From assembly GCA_040752415.1 (NCBI GenBank), contig JBFMGU010000309.1:1-11915 (forward strand): a stretch of DNA of 11,915 nt, given 5' to 3'. This document shows positions 6,753 through 11,915 of this stretch, piece after piece. This DNA comes from Myxococcota bacterium. Lineage in GTDB: Bacteria > Myxococcota > JACRCW01. The notes under the pieces were generated by a model. That model was not told the origin of the DNA. It saw only the letters and a program-made list of their open reading frames with translations, and did no database searches. The position numbers and the translations under genes were made by a program. The first letter of the stretch is position 1. Each line of letters opens with the position of its first letter.

Positions 6753-8945
6753 TCACAGCTCGAGCATGCGGTCGCTGACCTTCTCGGGGAGCTCCAGCGG
6801 CGTGGCGCCACGCAACAGCGTGTAGATGCTGTAGCTCTCGAGCACGCGCTTCACGTATCCACGCGTCTCCTCGATGGGAATCTGCTCCACGAACATGTCC
6901 AGCGGCGCGTCGCCCTTGCGCTCCACCCAGCGCGCCACCGCGCCCGGGCCAGCGTTGTACGCCGCCAGGGCCAGCGCCACGTTGCCGTGGAATTGCCTCA
7001 AGTGCCGCGCCAGGTGGGCGGCGCCCAGGCGCGCGTTGAGCGCGGGGTCCAGCAGCGCCACGTGGTCGGGCTTCTGGAGCTTGAGGGACAACGCCTCCGC
7101 CAGCGCCGTGGAAGGCATGAGCTGCGTGAGCCCCACCGCGCCCGCCCACGACGTGATCCGCGGGTCAAACGCGCTCTCCTCGCGCGCCAGTGCAAACAGC
7201 AGCGCCGGGGGAATCCCCGCGGCCTCCGCGGCGGAGGTGATGGCGGCGGCAAACGCGGGGGGATAGGCCAGCTGCCAGACGTGCGCCGTCTCCGCCATGG
7301 GCGCGCCCAGCAACTGCGCCGCACGTTGACGACGCACCCACTGGCTTGCGCCCGCCGCATCCCCCACCGCCAGCATCTGCTGCGCCACCCAGAGGTCGGC
7401 TCCGTCGGTGCGCGCGCCGGTGGTGAGCAACGCGGAGCCGCGCAACAGGAGCGCCGCGTCCTCGTCCATGCCCACGGAGGAGAGCGCCAACGCGGACGCC
7501 GTCACCGCGTCCAGGGCGGCAGGCGGGGTGAGGGGCGGCGGCGCGGCGGGAAGGTCCGCACCAGACCTGGCAGGCGTTCCACCACGACGCAACCACCCCC
7601 GCGCCAACGCCGCCTCGTAGCTGCCCGGGTGTTTCTCCACGAGCTCCGTCATGCGGTTCCGCGCCGTCTTCACCTCGGAGGTCAGTCGCGCGCGCCAGTA
7701 GGTGGCCCGACGCCACAGCGGCTTGTTCTTCCCGTCGGCTTCCTTGCAGATGGCGTCCAGCCGGGTCAGTGCCTGCGCGGTCTTCCCGCCTTCCAGCGTG
7801 CTCCACGCCAGCCACCACCCTGCCTCCATGTGCAGGTCCGCCTGCGGGTACTTCTCGACCACGGTGCCCCAGTACTTGTGCGCCGCCGCCCGCAGCCCGT
7901 TGCGCGCGGCCGTCTCCCCGGCGAGCACCAGGGCGTCGTCGGCAAGGTTGCTGTCCGGGTGCTTGGCGGCCAGCTGCTCCAGCACCGCCATGGCGCGCTT
8001 GCCGCCACCCTTCTGCGCCACCATGGCCCGACCCTGCAGGAACAACGCGCGCGGCGCCTGCGTGGGACAACGCTCCGCCACCACGGAAAGCGTCTGTTCC
8101 GCCTGCGCGTAGCGTCGGGACTGGCGTTGCGCCTTGCCCACCGCAAAGCCGGCCTGACAGCGCAGCTCGTCGGGGAGCGCGGGACAGACGGCGGTGGCGG
8201 TGGTCACGCCGGTGCGACAGAGCAGCTCCCCAAAGCGCACCACGTCGTCATTCCGGTTGGCCGCGAGCAGCGCTTCCAGGTGCACCACGCTCCGCGCGGG
8301 ACCTACTTCCGCTGCCACCACCTCGTCGGGGAGCGCGCCCAGGATCGTCGACACCGCGGGCTCCGCGGGGACCGTCTCCCACGCCGTGATGGCCAACGCG
8401 CGCGCGCCGGAGGTGTCTCCCGCGGCGGTGTGCGCCGTGTGCATGGCTGCCAGCAGCTCCGCGCGTTGCCACCCCGGCGTGGCTCCCTTCCACGGCTCGG
8501 AGCGCTCCAGGGTGCGGGAGAGGCCCAGCGCGGCGGGGGCGTCGGTGCGCGCGAGCGCGGTCAGGAGGCGGGCCTGGAGGGGTAGGGGAGCGGCCTGCAC
8601 GTCGGCGTCCGGGATGGGACGGCGGGAGCAGGGCAGGGTGCACACCGCCAGATAGCGGGCCTCCACGGCCAGGCGGGCCAGCGGGGGCAGCTGCGGGTGG
8701 TCCCGGAGGGGCTCCAGCGCGCGTTGCGCCAGGGCGGCCTCACCCGCGCCAGCGGCGGCCTGGCCCAGGATTCCGGCGTGGAGGGGCTGGTCGGGGCGGG
8801 GCTCGGCCAGATGCGCGGCCTGGAGCGTTTCCAGGGCCTTGTGGGGCACGCCCAGGCGCAGCCAATGACGGGCCTGCTCCAACGGCGGCGCGCCTCCGTC
8901 CACGGCCGAGGCCACCAGGGCAACAATGAGGGCAACGCTCTTCAT
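6753..8945 (-). CDS. Soluble lytic murein transglycosylase (Slt70-like: helical/TPR-like N-terminal region + C-terminal SLT domain); start at 8945 or 8984
   Basis: SLT motifs REESAFDP (catalytic Glu), SWAGAVGLTQLMPSTA, ALAAYNAGPGAV, ETRGYVKRV. TPR-like units (KHPDSNLADDALVLAG, KYPQADL, KHPGSYEA). Signal-peptide-like MKSVALIVALVASA begins at 8945. Confidence 0.9.
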   Translation of the reverse strand: MKSVALIVALVASAVDGGAPPLEQARHWLRLGVPHKALETLQAAHLAEPRPDQPLHAGILGQAAAGAGEAALAQRALEPLRDHPQLPPLARLAVEARYLAVCTLPCSRRPIPDADVQAAPLPLQARLLTALARTDAPAALGLSRTLERSEPWKGATPGWQRAELLAAMHTAHTAAGDTSGARALAITAWETVPAEPAVSTILGALPDEVVAAEVGPARSVVHLEALLAANRNDDVVRFGELLCRTGVTTATAVCPALPDELRCQAGFAVGKAQRQSRRYAQAEQTLSVVAERCPTQAPRALFLQGRAMVAQKGGGKRAMAVLEQLAAKHPDSNLADDALVLAGETAARNGLRAAAHKYWGTVVEKYPQADLHMEAGWWLAWSTLEGGKTAQALTRLDAICKEADGKNKPLWRRATYWRARLTSEVKTARNRMTELVEKHPGSYEAALARGWLRRGGTPARSGADLPAAPPPLTPPAALDAVTASALALSSVGMDEDAALLLRGSALLTTGARTDGADLWVAQQMLAVGDAAGASQWVRRQRAAQLLGAPMAETAHVWQLAYPPAFAAAITSAAEAAGIPPALLFALAREESAFDPRITSWAGAVGLTQLMPSTALAEALSLKLQKPDHVALLDPALNARLGAAHLARHLRQFHGNVALALAAYNAGPGAVARWVERKGDAPLDMFVEQIPIEETRGYVKRVLESYSIYTLLRGATPLELPEKVSDRMLEL

Positions 8946-9026
8946 GGGTCTGCCGGGTGGAACGCGCGGTGCGGGCCGCGACATTCTGCGGCACGGCGGC
9001 AGCAGTACCGGAATGGAAACCCGGGA

Positions 9027-9962
9027 TCAGCGACGCGCCACCGGCACCGTCAGCGCCCGTGACATGCTCGCCACCGGCAGACCGCTGTGCCGCAACGTGT
9101 TCCACCGCGCCACCGGCCAGCCGCGCTTCCACGCCACCGGGCGAAGCATGAGCTGGGGGTTGACCACGCGCGGGTGCCCCACCACCTCCAGCACCGGGAT
9201 GTCGCTGGCGCTGTCCGAGTAGAAGAAGCTGCGCGTGAGGTCGATCTCGTGGCGGGCGGCGTAGGCGCGCAGGTACGCCAGCTTGCCCGAGGCGTAGCAG
9301 ACCGGCTCCTGCACGTCGGTGGTGATGCGGCCGTCCTCGGAGAGCGGCGTGGGCGTGGCCAGCACGTCGTGGAGGCCCAGGTACGCGCTCAGCTCCGCCG
9401 CCGCGTAGTCCGGCGCACCGGTGATGGCGACGACGAGGTGCCCCGCGGCGCGGTGCGCGTTGATGGCCTCCACCGCCTCCCGGAACACGCGCGGCTTGAT
9501 GCGGGCCTCCAGGCACCGGTCCACGAAGTCCTGCACCGCCTGGATCTCATGCCCCTCACAGGGCTTGTAGCCCCAGCGGTACATGTTGATCCGCGGGATG
9601 AGGTTCAGCTTGTAGAGCAGGTAGCACGCCGCAAACTGAAGACAGCCCTCCAGCGTGCCGTGACCTTCCTTGAAGCCCTGCAACGTCATCTGCTGGATGA
9701 TGCTGCCGCTGATGAGCGTCCCGTCGATGTCGAAGAACGCCGCCACGCGACGCGGGTGGGCCACGGTGGCGTTCTCGTCGGGTTGGAGCTGGCGGGCGCG
9801 CGCCAGGAGCTGCAGGCCGGGGCCCATGGGCTGACCGCTCTCCAGGATGTGGCGCGCGGCGGCGCGAATCCGCGGGTCCGACTCCAGCAGCGCGGAAATC
9901 TCCGGCGCGGGGAGGAACGCGGATGGGTCCTGGTGCACGGTGGGCTGGGCTTGCAGGCTCAT
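9027..9962 (-). CDS. HAD superfamily hydrolase, subfamily IB (PSPase-like), about 311 aa
   Basis: ATG at 9962 with AGGAG upstream (9975-9979 on the - strand). HAD motif I FFDIDGTL, motif II ITGA, motif III GK, motif IV YSDSASDIPVLEVVGHPRVVNP. Confidence 0.9.
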   Translation of the reverse strand: MSLQAQPTVHQDPSAFLPAPEISALLESDPRIRAAARHILESGQPMGPGLQLLARARQLQPDENATVAHPRRVAAFFDIDGTLISGSIIQQMTLQGFKEGHGTLEGCLQFAACYLLYKLNLIPRINMYRWGYKPCEGHEIQAVQDFVDRCLEARIKPRVFREAVEAINAHRAAGHLVVAITGAPDYAAAELSAYLGLHDVLATPTPLSEDGRITTDVQEPVCYASGKLAYLRAYAARHEIDLTRSFFYSDSASDIPVLEVVGHPRVVNPQLMLRPVAWKRGWPVARWNTLRHSGLPVASMSRALTVPVARR

Positions 9963-10204
9963 CGTCGGACGGGGCTCCTGGTCCCGGGAGCGGGAAGGCG
10001 TGTCCCTACGCTCAAGAAGGCGCTCTTGGCAAGCTTCCGCCGACCGATGCCACCCCTCGCCGCGCCCGGAAGGACGCGCTGCGGCCAGCGTCGGAAGATG
10101 GCGTGGCGGCGTGGCGGGAATGCCAGGTTGTGGCGAAGCGGGGGCGCGCTCGCGTAGGGAGGATGGACGCAAGTCCTCACCGCCTCCTTGCGTCCGCGTT
10201 GCCG

Positions 10205-11410
10205 ATGAAGGTCCTGCTGATGATGAGCGACACCGGTGGGGGCCACCGCGCCAGCGCGCAGGCCATTGCCGCCGCGCTCAAGCAGGTAAGTCCCGACGTG
10301 GAAACCGAGGTGGTGGACGCCATCCAGGAGGTCTCGCCGTTCTGGCGCGCCGTGGTGGGCCTCTACGGTCCCATCATCCGCGCCGCGCCGTGGTTGTGGG
10401 GGATGCTCTTCAAGGTCTTTGGCGGCGGCGGCGGTGCCTGGCTGTGGGGCATCACCGCGCGCGTGGTGGCGTGGACGGTGCGCGGCCGACTCGTTCCCTA
10501 CGTGGACCGCAAGCATCCCGACGTGCTGTGCAGCACCCACCCGCTCATCAACCAGATTGCCCAGACGGGGCGGGAGCGGTACGCGCGGGAGCGTGGGCGC
10601 AGGTTGCCGCTCGTGGTGGTGGTGACGGACCCGGTGACGTTCCACCCCTCGTGGATTGAGCCGCGCGCCGACCTCACCGTGGTGGCCACCGTGGAGGCGC
10701 GCGACGCCGCGGTGCGCTACGGCGCCGACCCCGCCAAGGTGCGCGTGCTGGGCCTCCCCATCCGTCCCGACTTTGCCGGCGCGGAAGGCGTGGCCCGCGA
10801 CGAGAACGCGGAGCGCAGAGAGGCGCGTGCGTCGCTGGGAATCTCTACCGACGCCAGCGTGGTGCTCATCACCGGCGGCGGCGAAGGGCTGGCCACGTTG
10901 CCAGAGGTGGTGGACGCGGTGCTGGCGCTGCCGGGCGCACCCGTGGTGCTGGCCGTGGCGGGAAGGCACGAGCGGACGCTGCAACGGCTGAAGGAGCGGA
11001 TGGATGCCATCTCGTCGGGGCGGCTGCTTCCGTTCGGGTTCACCGACAAGATGGGCACGCTCATGCGCGCGTGCGACGTCATTGTCACCAAGGCGGGGCC
11101 GGGCACGATGTTCGAGGCCATGGCGCTGGGCCTGCCGATGGTGATCATGGGCGCGCTCCCCGGGCAGGAAGCGGGCAACGTGGAGCTGGTGGTGAAGGAC
11201 AACCTGGGACGGGTGGCCATGGGCGGTCCGCACGACGTGGCGCGCGCGGTCCAGGACGTGTTGGCGCACCCGGAGGAACGCGCGGGCATGGCGCGGCGGG
11301 CGCAGCAACGTGCCACGCCGCACGCGGCGCTGGGCATTGCACGCGCGCTCCTGGCGCGTGGCGCCACGCCCAGCCCCGACGAGGACAGGGACATGAAAGC
11401 AGCCGGATGA
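10205..11410 (+). CDS. GT28 diacylglycerol glycosyltransferase, MGDG synthase-like (MGD/UgtP family), about 401 aa; alternative start at 10163
   Basis: Motifs KVLLMMSDTGGGHRASAQAI, STHPL, VVTDPVTFHPSW, GLPIRPDF, TGGGEG, ACDVIVTKAGPGT, GQEAGNV. Confidence 0.9.
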   Translation: MKVLLMMSDTGGGHRASAQAIAAALKQVSPDVETEVVDAIQEVSPFWRAVVGLYGPIIRAAPWLWGMLFKVFGGGGGAWLWGITARVVAWTVRGRLVPYVDRKHPDVLCSTHPLINQIAQTGRERYARERGRRLPLVVVVTDPVTFHPSWIEPRADLTVVATVEARDAAVRYGADPAKVRVLGLPIRPDFAGAEGVARDENAERREARASLGISTDASVVLITGGGEGLATLPEVVDAVLALPGAPVVLAVAGRHERTLQRLKERMDAISSGRLLPFGFTDKMGTLMRACDVIVTKAGPGTMFEAMALGLPMVIMGALPGQEAGNVELVVKDNLGRVAMGGPHDVARAVQDVLAHPEERAGMARRAQQRATPHAALGIARALLARGATPSPDEDRDMKAAG

Positions 11411-11530
11411 TTTGCGGAGGCTCCGCTACATCTGCCGCTGACATGAGGGGGTGTGCCGCTTCCGGGAGGGAGGGCATGCCTCCGCGCTGGAGATGAAGAC
11501 CACCATCCACCGGCACATGCGGATGACTGC

Positions 11531-11570
11531 GGGTGCCTGCGACGCCACAAGCGAGCTTTCGCAGGCGCCC
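11531..11570 (+). promoter_or_regulatory. 12-bp stem-loop immediately upstream of an SD (5' UTR hairpin or terminator-like)
   Basis: GGGTGCCTGCGA (11531-11542) pairs with TCGCAGGCGCCC (11559-11570), with one G-U pair. It is followed by TTCCCT, then AGGAG at 11577-11581. Confidence 0.5.
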
Positions 11571-11587
11571 TTCCCTAGGAGCACGCC

Positions 11588-11915
11588 ATGAAGAAGTTTC
11601 TGATCGCCGCTGGGCTGATGTTCCCGCTGGCCGCCGCGCCGGCGTTCGCCGACTACGACTACCCGAAGGAAGAGAAGGAAGACATCACCAAGAAGAAGGG
11701 CGCGGGCGCCGCGGGAGACGTGCAGGACGACGTGGGCGCCGGCGCGGCCCAGGACGCGTACCAAGGCACCATGCCGGAGCAGATTGAACAGCCCGAGGGC
11801 ACCCTCGACACCCAGCAGCAGCCCGGTCAGCAGGACACCACGGGTGGCGCCGAGACCGGTACGGGCATGGAACAGGACGTCTACGGCACGGGCACCGAGG
11901 GGACCAAGACCGGCG
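11588..11915 (+). CDS. Secreted hypothetical protein with an acidic, Gly/Thr/Gln-rich low-complexity N-terminus; 3'-truncated by the window edge
   Basis: Not in the ORF track because there is no stop in the window. AGGAG lies 6 nt before ATG 11588. Translation: MKKFLIAAGLMFPLAAAPAFA|DYDYPKEEKEDITKKKGAGAAGDVQDDVGAGAAQDAYQGTMPEQIEQPEGTLDTQQQPGQQDTTGGAETGTGMEQDVYGTGTEGTKTG... It has a classic Sec signal peptide (AFA cleavage) and mostly G/C-ending codons. Confidence 0.88.
   Translation, partial: MKKFLIAAGLMFPLAAAPAFADYDYPKEEKEDITKKKGAGAAGDVQDDVGAGAAQDAYQGTMPEQIEQPEGTLDTQQQPGQQDTTGGAETGTGMEQDVYGTGTEGTKTG

Noticed and set aside
5564..6811. 415-aa - strand ORF
   Set aside because: It is the antisense shadow of the receiver-domain gene and has no recognisable motifs.
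6987..8585. 532-aa + strand ORF
   Set aside because: It lies antisense to the lytic transglycosylase and is Arg/Gly/His-rich shadow sequence with no domain signature.
5596..10018. Shared 10-mer CGCTCAAGAA in two divergent intergenic regions (5596-5605 and 10009-10018)
   Set aside because: One 10-nt match is plausible by chance, and the distances to the start codons differ.
2522..10204. Extended N-termini in the ORF track (starts at 2522, 3918, 5663, 5672, 9923, 10172)
   Set aside because: They overlap neighbouring genes or divergent promoter regions and encode implausible sequence. Downstream starts fit SD positions and/or domain boundaries better.
9087..11323. Long antisense ORFs 9087..10157 (+) and 9959..11323 (-)
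   Set aside because: They are shadows of the HAD and GT28 genes, which carry clear family motifs on the opposite strands.
9963..11530. Sigma-54 promoter candidates (TGGCAAG near 10027, CGGCAC at 11511; also TTGGCAAG on the - strand near 5767)
   Set aside because: None shows the required GG-N10-GC spacing.
11533..11787. 84-aa + strand ORF and the 112-aa - strand ORF at 11426..11764
   Set aside because: They are out of frame with or antisense to the better-supported signal-peptide gene starting at 11588.
1..11915. CRISPR arrays, tRNA/rRNA genes, transposases, integrases or defence genes
   Set aside because: No regularly spaced repeats, cloverleaf or rRNA signatures, or mobile-element motifs were seen. 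The window is almost fully explained by ten protein-coding genes.

Overview
GC-rich bacterial window; the gene content suggests a myxobacterium-like or deltaproteobacterium-like organism, but that is inference. From 5' to 3' it contains: (1) the distal part of a translationally coupled chemosensory operon on the + strand, with a 5'-truncated CheA-CheW-receiver hybrid kinase, CheB, a TPR-containing CheR and a single-domain response regulator (frzE-frzG-frzF-like order); (2) a convergent, stand-alone LivK/LivJ-type periplasmic binding lipoprotein (-); (3) a divergent receiver-domain protein whose C-terminus looks like a His-less, degenerate DHp with no ATPase domain (+); (4) a large Slt-type lytic transglycosylase (-) downstream of a HAD-IB phosphatase (-); (5) a divergent GT28 glycosyltransferase with motifs close to plant/Chloroflexi-type monogalactosyldiacylglycerol (MGDG) synthases (+); (6) the start of a secreted, acidic, low-complexity protein that is missing from the ORF track (+, runs off the window). 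No rRNA, tRNA, CRISPR array or mobile element was recognised. The best leads are the possible HAD-IB plus MGD-like glycolipid module, the REC/pseudo-DHp protein and two structured 5' leaders.
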